From: a phage
Length of the DNA stretch: 64,000 nt
NCBI GenBank assembly: GCA_028909515.1
Contig: GCA_028909515.1_4811.1
Strand: one strand, 5' to 3'
This document shows positions 9,874-18,607 of the stretch, one piece after another (the stretch's first letter is position 1; each line of letters starts with the position of its first letter). The notes under the pieces are model-generated. The model saw only the letters and a program-made list of their open reading frames with translations. It ran no database searches and was not told where the DNA came from. Made by a program: the position numbers and the translations under genes.

Positions 9874-11013
9874 TTAAATACCAGTCATACGGACGACTGC
9901 GAAAGGACGCTTGAGCAGAACGCCTGCTGTTGCGTTTGCGTAGTCTTCAACGTAGCTCTTAGCACGCTTTTCAACGCCCAGAGTCATGAACTTGGTCTGA
10001 ACCAGCTGACTGAATACGGAACCATCATCGCTTGAACCATCGATTGAGGAATCGATGTGATCAGCGTACAGGTATGCCACGTTCAAGAAAGTCGGGTCGC
10101 TGCCAAGTGCGCCGTTGAGTTCCGGTGCAGACTTGATCTTCATCTTCGGATAAGTCTGAGTGATCCAGTCACGTACAGAAATACCGAAGTCAGTGGTGTT
10201 GGACAGCCAATCGATAGAGTTGGTCGGCAGCGCCAGAGTCATGTCAACCTTCTCTGGATCAATCTGGTCCTGAGAGTTCACACGAATTTGACGAACCATC
10301 AAACGGATGTCTGCAGTCACCTGCTGGAAGGTCGCAGTAGCCCAGCCGGAAGTGGTGTTGGAAGTCATCGCCGCTGGCAGGTTTGGATCATTCAGGAAGC
10401 CGAACGTGCGGTTGTTCCCGTTGTACCAACCATAGAAGCCGATTGCGTTACGCATGATTTCCAGAGACACAGCAGCCTGCTGGCGCTTGGTTTCTGCGGA
10501 GTTCAGACGCATCGCAGACGCGCGGCCTTCTTCCAGCATACCAACTGCCATACCCATTTCGCCACGAACGATAGAGCGACGTTCAAAGTTTACGTTCCAG
10601 CTTGCCAGAGGAATAGCGGTGAAATCACCATATTCAACTGCGGTGCCAGCTGGTTCAACGATTCCCTGAACGATTTCTGCATCTTCCCACTGGCCAACGG
10701 TATCAATACCAACCAGCTCGTCGATTTTACGAGCGGCGGTCATGATTTTGACGAAGCCAGGCAACCACTGCTGCAGGAACTGCAACGGGGTCGGGATTGA
10801 CGGAGTGGTCTGCGGCGCAGTAAACGCGGCGTCACCTACGCGGAAAGCGCCTGCACGGTTTAAGTGCTCAATCTGATCACGCACAATCGCGGAATCAAAA
10901 ACAATACCGATACGAGCAAGCTGGGAAACAGCCGCGTCGGTAACGGATTGCATATCAAAAGGGCGCACCTTGCTCGCTGGGAGGCGAGAGTGTGTTTGGC
11001 TAATGCGAGTCAT
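9874..11013 (-). CDS. major capsid protein
   Basis: 379-aa ORF after scaffold and decoration-like genes; strongly host-optimal codon usage (CTG, CGT, GGT, ACC, CCG); followed by a 115-bp stem-loop-rich spacer. Confidence 0.7.
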   Translation of the reverse strand: MTRISQTHSRLPASKVRPFDMQSVTDAAVSQLARIGIVFDSAIVRDQIEHLNRAGAFRVGDAAFTAPQTTPSIPTPLQFLQQWLPGFVKIMTAARKIDELVGIDTVGQWEDAEIVQGIVEPAGTAVEYGDFTAIPLASWNVNFERRSIVRGEMGMAVGMLEEGRASAMRLNSAETKRQQAAVSLEIMRNAIGFYGWYNGNNRTFGFLNDPNLPAAMTSNTTSGWATATFQQVTADIRLMVRQIRVNSQDQIDPEKVDMTLALPTNSIDWLSNTTDFGISVRDWITQTYPKMKIKSAPELNGALGSDPTFLNVAYLYADHIDSSIDGSSDDGSVFSQLVQTKFMTLGVEKRAKSYVEDYANATAGVLLKRPFAVVRMTGI

Positions 11014-11027
11014 TATTCACCTGCCTA

Positions 11028-11645
11028 TTAACGAGTCAATTGTACAATGGTATAAGTGGAAGACTGGACGCTTGGGCCGGAAAGGGCAATAGCAGTCGGG
11101 TCAATCACGATACCGCCTGGAATGGCAACCATGCCAGTTGGCAGTGAGCCAGTATAGGCGATAATTGCACCGATAGGCAAGTTGTTCGGGTTGTTGCCGC
11201 TGGAAATGCCTTTAGGTACATAAGCGAGCAGGTCGCCGTAGTTCAGCGTCTGCGGACTGGTGCCAGGGTTGAATACTTCAACTACGAGGCCCGTGCACAT
11301 ATCGTAAAACTCGCCTTCGCTATATTGAGGCAGAACCATGCTGGCACCCAAAGGACCAGTAGAGTTGCCATACAGAGCGTAACGCTTGCTGTTGCCAAGG
11401 ATGCCATAATAATTGGTGCCGCCCAGTTCAACTTCAAAGTCCTGCGCGCCCAATGTTTTGGTTTGACCAGTACCCATCAAGGATACGTCAGCCTTAAAAC
11501 CGAACACACGGCTGATGGCGTTTACGTTTGCGCCTTCGTTGGCGTTGGCAATTCGGCCTGGCTTCCCACGCTGTGGGCCGTCGCGAACGATGTCGCCAGG
11601 AAAGCCAGTTGTATATTGACGGCCTACACTAGTTTGGAAAGTCAT
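11028..11645 (-). CDS. putative head decoration or accessory capsid protein
   Basis: Gly/Thr/Ser-rich ORF between scaffold and capsid genes; start placed at internal Met ('MTFQTSVG') abutting the scaffold stop. Confidence 0.4.
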   Translation of the reverse strand: MTFQTSVGRQYTTGFPGDIVRDGPQRGKPGRIANANEGANVNAISRVFGFKADVSLMGTGQTKTLGAQDFEVELGGTNYYGILGNSKRYALYGNSTGPLGASMVLPQYSEGEFYDMCTGLVVEVFNPGTSPQTLNYGDLLAYVPKGISSGNNPNNLPIGAIIAYTGSLPTGMVAIPGGIVIDPTAIALSGPSVQSSTYTIVQLTR

Positions 11646-11647
11646 GT

Positions 11648-13069
11648 TTATTCCCCTTTCAACCAAGCTTCAAATGCTTCGTCAGTTGCTGCAGAATCCG
11701 CAGCGGCCTTTTGTTTTGCGACTACACGCTGTTTTTGACCGTGTTCAACGCCGCGCAGATAGTTATCCACCACGTCAAACTCAGCACCATCAACGCACTT
11801 CAAGCCTAACTTTTTAGCGCCATATTTCGCTACGGACTTGGAATCCATAGTTGCATGATCAAAGGCACCAACAACTTTAGACAGGCGCTGGTAGAGGCTA
11901 TTCTTACGAGCAGAATCAGCGTAGAAAGCAGCAACTGCTGAATCAGATGCCATTGAGTGTTCCCCTTTTGCTGGACCTGGCGACGCTTTCGCCGCTTTTG
12001 TCGGTTTGTCATCTTTTTCGACCGAAGCCCCCTTTACGTTGCTGTTTTGCAGGCCGCTAACCACATCTTCAGCTTTGTCGCAAGGTGATACATCTTCAGC
12101 CTTGACTTCAACTTCTTCTTCGTCTTTGACTTCGGCTTCAACTTCTTCTTCATCACCTACCGCGCCACCTTTCAGTTTTGCAATAAGCGCTTCGATTTGG
12201 CTGATCAATTGCGGAAGTTCGCCGCCAGCGTGAGATTCAGTTTCAACTTCAAACTTCTCTTCACCTTCTGGGGTTTCTTCTGCTTCTGCCTTGACTTCTG
12301 GATCAACCATTACTTCTTCACGATTTTCGGTTGAGTCCTTCTCTTCTGCTTTCACTTCAACTTCATCCTGATGAGCAGCTTCAGTGCTCTCTTCGTTCAG
12401 AAATTGTTCGAGCGCAGGGATCAGTGATTTCAGCTGTTCAACAGCATTATCACGCGCTTTACCTTTTAACGGTTTTGGCATGTCTAAATCCTCGTTGGAT
12501 GGTGTTACAGTCGTCAAACAAAGATGGTCAAAGCAACGACCATCCAGCACCCGTGCACCTGGTACTCGACCAACGTCCACGAGAGCAATGTGGTTGCCGC
12601 GAAGAGTTGTCTGCACCACTTCATACGGCTGCCCGTCAAACTCTCCAGACTGTATGATGAATTCACAGTCATAGCCCAAAGACAAGTCAACCTTTCCAGA
12701 ATCGATGGCCTTCTTCAGACGACGGCTAAACACTTTAAGGTCGCCGCGCATCCATGGCTTGTCATAATAAACATTGCCAGTCAGAACGCCATCAACGCCA
12801 TACTCTTCGGGTGCTGTGTTATCCTCATCACCTTCAAATCCAGAAAGCATTTCGTGATTGTCGATGAAAGGGATATTTTTGAATGAATCTATCGCTTCGG
12901 GGTCTTTCACCGCTGACTCAGGGCGATAGACTTTTACGATGCGATTCGGATCACCATCAAGACCAACTTGACCAGCAGAATAATCAAAAATGCCAAATGA
13001 CGAAATTGGACAACCCATAATCGTCAAGAATCCATTTTTGTCAATTTCGCGTGCCGTTTGCATTCGCAT
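11648..13069 (-). CDS. scaffold protein, possibly fused to an N-terminal prohead-protease-like domain
   Basis: 473 aa; globular N-terminal ~190 aa, then long acidic helical region ('EEVEAEVKDEEEVEVKAED'); positioned before decoration and capsid genes. Confidence 0.55.
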   Translation of the reverse strand: MRMQTAREIDKNGFLTIMGCPISSFGIFDYSAGQVGLDGDPNRIVKVYRPESAVKDPEAIDSFKNIPFIDNHEMLSGFEGDEDNTAPEEYGVDGVLTGNVYYDKPWMRGDLKVFSRRLKKAIDSGKVDLSLGYDCEFIIQSGEFDGQPYEVVQTTLRGNHIALVDVGRVPGARVLDGRCFDHLCLTTVTPSNEDLDMPKPLKGKARDNAVEQLKSLIPALEQFLNEESTEAAHQDEVEVKAEEKDSTENREEVMVDPEVKAEAEETPEGEEKFEVETESHAGGELPQLISQIEALIAKLKGGAVGDEEEVEAEVKDEEEVEVKAEDVSPCDKAEDVVSGLQNSNVKGASVEKDDKPTKAAKASPGPAKGEHSMASDSAVAAFYADSARKNSLYQRLSKVVGAFDHATMDSKSVAKYGAKKLGLKCVDGAEFDVVDNYLRGVEHGQKQRVVAKQKAAADSAATDEAFEAWLKGE

Positions 13070-13159
13070 CCACCCTCAAATAAGTATTGTGTATTATATC
13101 TAATGAAAAAAACTTAGGCAAACAATAATTATGGTTTGAATATGTATAACAACCGATAT

Positions 13160-13455
13160 AGCCGCGCCTTTATTAGTGTGATACGGATGATACGGATAAA
13201 ATGAGGCGTATTTTTATCCGTATCGGTGTATAAGCCGCGCTATCACTGGTGTGCTACGGATGATACGGATGATACGGATACTTTTCATATATAAGAGTTT
13301 ATAAAAAAATAAAATTAAATTAGATATATAATTTTAAATTAATTTATTTGAATTCCTATATAGTACGGCGGCAACGCGTATCATCCGTATCATCCGTAAG
13401 ATTCTTTTGAAAACAACAACTTACTTGATACGGATGATACGTCATTATACGTATA
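13160..13455. repeat. iteron-flanked AT-rich element, copy 1
   Basis: Direct and inverted copies of TACGGATGATACGGAT (13179-13198, 13216-13226, 13255-13280, inverted 13377-13400, 13427-13445) around an ~85-bp AT-rich core; homologous to 29030..29365. Confidence 0.7.
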
Positions 13456-13632
13456 AAACTTGCGGCAATCCTTTGCCGATGAATTCAGTGAATATTAAAT
13501 AGCACTCCTGCCACTAAAACGCCAATCAACATCGAGTCATAAACAGCCCATTTCCAAGAAAGCAAAGAGTTGCAATTAATATTTCGCACTTTAACATAAC
13601 GTGACTGAATAATCTTTTGCATAACTTCCTCT

Positions 13633-14646
13633 TTAGTTCAGCTTAATTGCGGTGATCTGTCCGTAAACGGTAGATGTCAACGCGTCGGTGCACTGATAGT
13701 TTAAATACACATTACCAGGCGCGGCAAGAGTAATTACTTTTGTTGGGATGTTGCCGCCGAAGCGACCTGCAGCCCGAATGCCAGCTGACATGGCAAATGC
13801 ATCATCCGTAATATCTGAATTGCTTGTTGACAATTTGACTGTAATTCCGGTATTCGCTTGAACGCCTGCTGTCGCGACAGTCAACTGACTTGCTGTTACA
13901 AGCCATTTCCCTGCAGGAAGGTTTAAGGTTGCCAGATTGACCAAAGTTGTTGGAGGATTGCTGACGCTATTAGTGGCATTCTGGACGGTACTTGCTGCTG
14001 CATTAAGCACACCAGACCCATCAATTGATAGAGTTGTACCGACCTTTACGCCGCCTAAAGTAGATGCTGAGGCAATCGGCAATGAGTATTGGGTGACGCT
14101 GATTGTTCCATCGCCTGCGACGCTTATTCCGGTGCCTATTTTGACGCCACCAAGAACGGAGGCTGTTGCCGCTGGTAACGTGTATTGGTTGCCGCTGGTT
14201 TTCACAACTTTGACCGCGACAGCGTTTTTCGACCCTCCAGACTCCATGCCTATAATCACTGCTTCGCCAAAAGCAATGGTGATTGTTGATGCAGTCAAGC
14301 CAGTTTGAACGTCTGTGATGTTCATCTTAGGCACAGACAATGTCAGGTTAGGCTTGCTGGTCGAATCGCCATCATTGCCAATCATAAAGAATTGACCTAC
14401 TGAGTTATACCCTGATGCAAGCGGCGGGCTCAGTGGAACAATCAAGTTTTTATCAGAAGTGAATTCTGAGACAATTGCCAAGCCATTAGCATACACTGCA
14501 GGCAAGACTGGAGTTTGTCCAGATAGAGGGAATGTGTTGATTGGTATCGTCATAATGACCTCAGATAATTGGTATTTTCCTGCATTTGCAGTGTATTGCC
14601 CATCCAGGAGGACCGATGTCACCCTTTTTGAACTTAAGTTCTCCAC
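13633..14646 (-). CDS. structural protein with phage tail-fibre-type repeats
   Basis: 337 aa; two internal repeats 'Y(T/S)LP(A/I)A(T/S)AS(V/T)LGGVK(I/V)GT' typical of fibre proteins; sits between head-morphogenesis and scaffold genes. Confidence 0.55.
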   Translation of the reverse strand: MENLSSKRVTSVLLDGQYTANAGKYQLSEVIMTIPINTFPLSGQTPVLPAVYANGLAIVSEFTSDKNLIVPLSPPLASGYNSVGQFFMIGNDGDSTSKPNLTLSVPKMNITDVQTGLTASTITIAFGEAVIIGMESGGSKNAVAVKVVKTSGNQYTLPAATASVLGGVKIGTGISVAGDGTISVTQYSLPIASASTLGGVKVGTTLSIDGSGVLNAAASTVQNATNSVSNPPTTLVNLATLNLPAGKWLVTASQLTVATAGVQANTGITVKLSTSNSDITDDAFAMSAGIRAAGRFGGNIPTKVITLAAPGNVYLNYQCTDALTSTVYGQITAIKLN

Positions 14647-15412
14647 CTACTTCCCATAAGCGTTTGTCATCAAGCTTGAATCTCATGCCGTCGACGTGCT
14701 CATGTGATATTCGCGGCTCTTTGCCTGCTCCTGAATGCGCCCACTCAAATTCCTCAACGCCATTCTGTCGCATCCTTTCATCACTTAATACGCAATAAAG
14801 TTTGCTCGTTTGGTCTTTGGCGATAAGGTCTACGCGTTTTGCAGAGAAGTGTTTTACATTCCTTAGTGCCGCCTGAATGCCTGACGTGCCTTGTTGCGCT
14901 GGGTCTGGCGAAGTCAGCGAAAGCATCACCGCTTCGTACACCCTGTTGTGAATATCTTCGCCAACCTTAGTCACTAAAGTCGTGTTGAACGTCTCGCTTG
15001 TTTTAAGAGTGTTCTCAACGAATTTATTATATGTGGCTTTTGGCGCTTCTATTCCTGCAGATTTAAGACTTGCAAATGTAGCAGAAGTGGCACCCTTTTC
15101 AACTGACTTGATGAAATCTGCGGCAATCTTTGACCCGACACGGGCGAAAGCCTTTGCCCATTTCAGTTGCAGTCGCTTCATCAAGGTCTGAAAAGTTGAA
15201 TCAGCAGAGTCTTGCGCAAAGAACTTTTTAACCTGCTTCTTTTCAAGCCACTCAGCAATTCCTGCTTGATAGTCGTCAATCATCGCATAGCAAAGACCTT
15301 TCATCTCACGACGATAGGCCATCGCAATAGCATTGGATGGGATTATCGGACTGCCGCGCCCGATTCTATCGGGTGAGCGGCGTTCACGTTTTTTCGAAGC
15401 TTTAAAAGCCAT
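14561..15412 (-). CDS. head morphogenesis protein (Mu F / SPP1 gp7-like)
   Basis: C-terminal 'GWAIHCKCR' resembles the Mu F minor head protein motif; start set at 'MAFKASKK' (1 nt after portal stop); the ORF track allows an earlier start at 15475. Confidence 0.5.
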   Translation of the reverse strand: MAFKASKKRERRSPDRIGRGSPIIPSNAIAMAYRREMKGLCYAMIDDYQAGIAEWLEKKQVKKFFAQDSADSTFQTLMKRLQLKWAKAFARVGSKIAADFIKSVEKGATSATFASLKSAGIEAPKATYNKFVENTLKTSETFNTTLVTKVGEDIHNRVYEAVMLSLTSPDPAQQGTSGIQAALRNVKHFSAKRVDLIAKDQTSKLYCVLSDERMRQNGVEEFEWAHSGAGKEPRISHEHVDGMRFKLDDKRLWEVGGELKFKKGDIGPPGWAIHCKCRKIPII

Positions 15413-15413
15413 A

Positions 15414-17789
15414 TCAACCTTGCTTCGGTGAATTAGTAGGATTATTGAGTGCTCCATATGCTTGAGAGCAATCACCCTTCAACCACTCCTTGAATGAGTT
15501 TACATCCAATTCGTGAATTGAGTCGAAGCCGTTCCAACCGTTACCAAATGATGCTTGATAAGCTTCTTTCGCTTCTTCTGCTGAATCAAATCCAAGCATA
15601 CACTTGTGTTCATCAAATTCGCCAGAATAATTATCATTTTGGTTAATGATGAATACTTTAGGCGACTTCATATTTGGCCCAACAAAGCAGTCGACTTCAT
15701 CACCATCAGCACCCTTGGTGCCTTTGATGAATCCGTAGTGGTGCGGCATCTTAACTGCCCATTCACCATCAAGGCTGTTTCCCCTACGAATGCTGTTGCG
15801 AGGATTCTCAATACCAAGAATCATCCCGTGCAACTTCATCTTAGGTAGCGATGCGGCATCCATCTTCCCTACGTTGTGTCGCAAGTTGACGACATTTCCT
15901 TTTACGCTTGGAAGCGTGGACGGTTGCACCGACCTTGCATCTTTTTGAGGGTCAAAATCCACATCCTGACCTTCTTTAAGGTAATAGTCAGCAATACCCT
16001 CCAGACCTTCTTTCAGTTGCGTTAGGACATCAACGTGATGGCTTGATTCATCATCGGTATCATCCATGTTAATCTCAACTGGTGCTCTGTCAGGGTTTTC
16101 TGCCAACTCACCACGCGCGGCACCTTCCGGCATAATACCAGTTTCGCTGTAGAACTGGCCGCCCATCTTGACAACGTCAGCCTTAGCCTGTTCAATATCG
16201 GCCTTGCCTTGCAGAACTTCACCAGCAGACTTGCCAAGCAACGCCATATTCTCTGGAGACATCCCTGGGGTTTCTTCTGCCGCGTCTTCCGGCAAACGGT
16301 TGTAGCCACTGTTTTTGTCGTCCTTGATGCGGTCGCGCTCTTCATCAGGGGAGATGACGCCAGCATCAATGAGAGTCTTGCCAGTGTTCGCTCGTTTGTC
16401 GTTAATCTCTGCAAGCTGAGTAGCAGTAAGTGAACCAACTGGCTCCCATGCCACTTTAACGTCGACTTCAACACCTTCAGATTTCAAAAGGATTTTATAG
16501 TGACGGTCAAGAATCTTCGTCAAATCGTGCTGCTGACAAGTTTCCAATTCTTCGTGATAGCTGACCATTTCGAACTCACCAGTGGCGTTAAAGCCTTTAG
16601 GTGAAGTCCCTAACAGTTTTGTCGACGGAACTTTTGCGATTGCGGCCACCAACTGGTACTGGTTCATGATGATGCTGTCGAAGTCTGACAAGTTGATGTC
16701 AAACTGGTCCATCTCTTCTTTCTGACCAAGCACTTTTACCGCATAGTTGTCGCGGTACTTAATCCACATCATCAAACGTTCGGCAAACGACCGCTCATTG
16801 GCAATCGCCTTGTCAACGTCGGTCCGCAGCGTGGTTGTACGCTTAGACATCGCCAGCAATGGCGCTTCGTTAGCGGTACGTTCAGCGGCATAGATACGTT
16901 CATAAATCTGCTGAGTCAGAGGAATGCCGCCGTATATATAAGTCGGCTTGAGAATATCAGCTGGCTCATCGTTGCGCAAGATGATTAGGTGGCTGCGATG
17001 ATAACGCTGTCCACTGATCACCCAGTATTCTGGATCATAGAAATGCTGTGACGCAGGGTCTGCAGTGTTTTCAGACGTCAAGAATGGCATCATCCAATAA
17101 GGGTCAACCTGAATGATTCCCTTATAAGACCCCTTTGTCACACCATCGATGTTAAAAGGTTTGCTATAATATTCTGGGTCATCGCTGCGCACATCAAATA
17201 TGATGACACGGATGCCAAAAATATTCTTGAATCGTTCGGCTTCAACTAAGTGCTCTTTGATGTTAAATTCTTTATCAATTTGCTTCAGGCGTTCGCTTGC
17301 CTGCACAGACAATTCTGATTCAGAGCTTGATTTTACTTCCCAACCTTTACGTACTGCATCGCGGCCTACCATTGAGCAAGCCTTATTCACCAGCCAGTGC
17401 TGCGCGATAATTGCGCAAGCTTGATAGCCGATGAATGATTGTGACAAGTACCAGTTTTGCAACTGAATAGGGACTGTGTATGGATTCACCTGCCCTTCTG
17501 AACTGATGTTCTTCAAAGCATTATCCATAACTTTTTTGGATACGGTTGCTGAATCTACTGAGCGACCTTTGATGATTGCAACACCGTCTCCGTTGATATC
17601 AGGCTCATATAAAGGGAAGTCATCAACCGTTTTAAAGGTCGGTCGATTGCTTTCAGTCTTTTCCCAGCGTTGACCGCTGCCGCGCCTTTCAAGGCGTTCA
17701 AACGGTGCCAATGGGTCGCCTGGCGGCATCTCCGCTGGTTCGGCTTCTGGTTGCGTCTTCTCCCAGAGTTTTATGCCAAGAATTTTCAT
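15414..17789 (-). CDS. portal protein with C-terminal extension
   Basis: Large ORF immediately downstream of terminase; start set at 'MKILGIK' behind an AGGTGG RBS; last ~150 aa carry pyrophosphatase-like motifs (see findings). Confidence 0.7.
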   Translation of the reverse strand: MKILGIKLWEKTQPEAEPAEMPPGDPLAPFERLERRGSGQRWEKTESNRPTFKTVDDFPLYEPDINGDGVAIIKGRSVDSATVSKKVMDNALKNISSEGQVNPYTVPIQLQNWYLSQSFIGYQACAIIAQHWLVNKACSMVGRDAVRKGWEVKSSSESELSVQASERLKQIDKEFNIKEHLVEAERFKNIFGIRVIIFDVRSDDPEYYSKPFNIDGVTKGSYKGIIQVDPYWMMPFLTSENTADPASQHFYDPEYWVISGQRYHRSHLIILRNDEPADILKPTYIYGGIPLTQQIYERIYAAERTANEAPLLAMSKRTTTLRTDVDKAIANERSFAERLMMWIKYRDNYAVKVLGQKEEMDQFDINLSDFDSIIMNQYQLVAAIAKVPSTKLLGTSPKGFNATGEFEMVSYHEELETCQQHDLTKILDRHYKILLKSEGVEVDVKVAWEPVGSLTATQLAEINDKRANTGKTLIDAGVISPDEERDRIKDDKNSGYNRLPEDAAEETPGMSPENMALLGKSAGEVLQGKADIEQAKADVVKMGGQFYSETGIMPEGAARGELAENPDRAPVEINMDDTDDESSHHVDVLTQLKEGLEGIADYYLKEGQDVDFDPQKDARSVQPSTLPSVKGNVVNLRHNVGKMDAASLPKMKLHGMILGIENPRNSIRRGNSLDGEWAVKMPHHYGFIKGTKGADGDEVDCFVGPNMKSPKVFIINQNDNYSGEFDEHKCMLGFDSAEEAKEAYQASFGNGWNGFDSIHELDVNSFKEWLKGDCSQAYGALNNPTNSPKQG

Positions 17790-17951
17790 TGTTAACGCCA
17801 CCTGACAGTGAAAGGGAATCAATCTATATTATAAATATTCATGTGTTTGTAAGCAAATGATATGTATAGTAATCATAAATAGTTCATAAAATATTTTGCT
17901 TTTGTATCATTTTGAGTTATATTTTAGTTAACCAAACGAAAGGAGATTGAA

Positions 17952-18368
17952 ATGAGCACAACAATTGTATTTGTCGTCCTTCATCAAGGCGAAGTAGTAA
18001 ACGTATGCGAATATGAAGAGCTGGCAAAAGCCACTGCTGCGCGATATGAAGGTGCCACAGTTGACCCTTGGATTTTGGATGCGCGAAACGTGTTGCAGGC
18101 GACCATGGATGAATGGCTTTTAGGTCGCAAGGTGTATCCGGTTGAAAACATCGAATCCATTCAAGGCGAAACGGTATACTTTGAAGATGAATGCGTTCGC
18201 GGCATTGGTAAATTTATGGGATTGTGCCCATCTTCATCCAAAAATAAATTTTATCGTATTCAAGTTGAAGAAAACGATATGTTTGACAAAGTAACGCGCT
18301 CGATTGTTCCTGGCGGCGGCACTCCAATCTTTATGGCAGAATCAGACATCAAGGGGATTATCAAATGA
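17952..18368 (+). CDS. hypothetical protein
   Basis: 138-aa ORF with strong RBS AAAGGAG; opposite strand to the flanking terminase and portal genes. Confidence 0.55.
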   Translation: MSTTIVFVVLHQGEVVNVCEYEELAKATAARYEGATVDPWILDARNVLQATMDEWLLGRKVYPVENIESIQGETVYFEDECVRGIGKFMGLCPSSSKNKFYRIQVEENDMFDKVTRSIVPGGGTPIFMAESDIKGIIK

Positions 18369-18604
18369 GAACGTTAACCGAACTCGATGTTTTGAAAGAC
18401 GTTGCAGCCGCGCTAGGCGTAGAAGTATCCGAAAAGGCGACACTAGGTGCTTTGCGTCGGGATTTACTCGAAGCCGTTGACCGCAACGATTTTGACCGTA
18501 AGTGTATGCAAAAGAAGATTCGTCAGGCGGTAAGAGCGGGTAAGCGATTCCGTGCCAGGTCATTTGCTGCAAGAAAACTCGACCTTCAGCACGGAATGCT
18601 TTGA
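18365..18604 (+). CDS. hypothetical protein
   Basis: 79-aa basic ORF, 4-nt overlap with upstream gene. Confidence 0.5.
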   Translation: MRTLTELDVLKDVAAALGVEVSEKATLGALRRDLLEAVDRNDFDRKCMQKKIRQAVRAGKRFRARSFAARKLDLQHGML

Positions 18605-18607
18605 TTG

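Noticed and set aside
10057-10800. 247-aa plus-strand ORF
   Set aside because: Lies entirely antisense within the major capsid gene, which has strong codon bias; treated as a shadow ORF.
12006-12886. Several plus-strand ORFs (12006..12233, 12331..12657, 12384..12674, 12524..12886)
   Set aside because: All antisense within the scaffold gene and overlapping each other; shadow ORFs.
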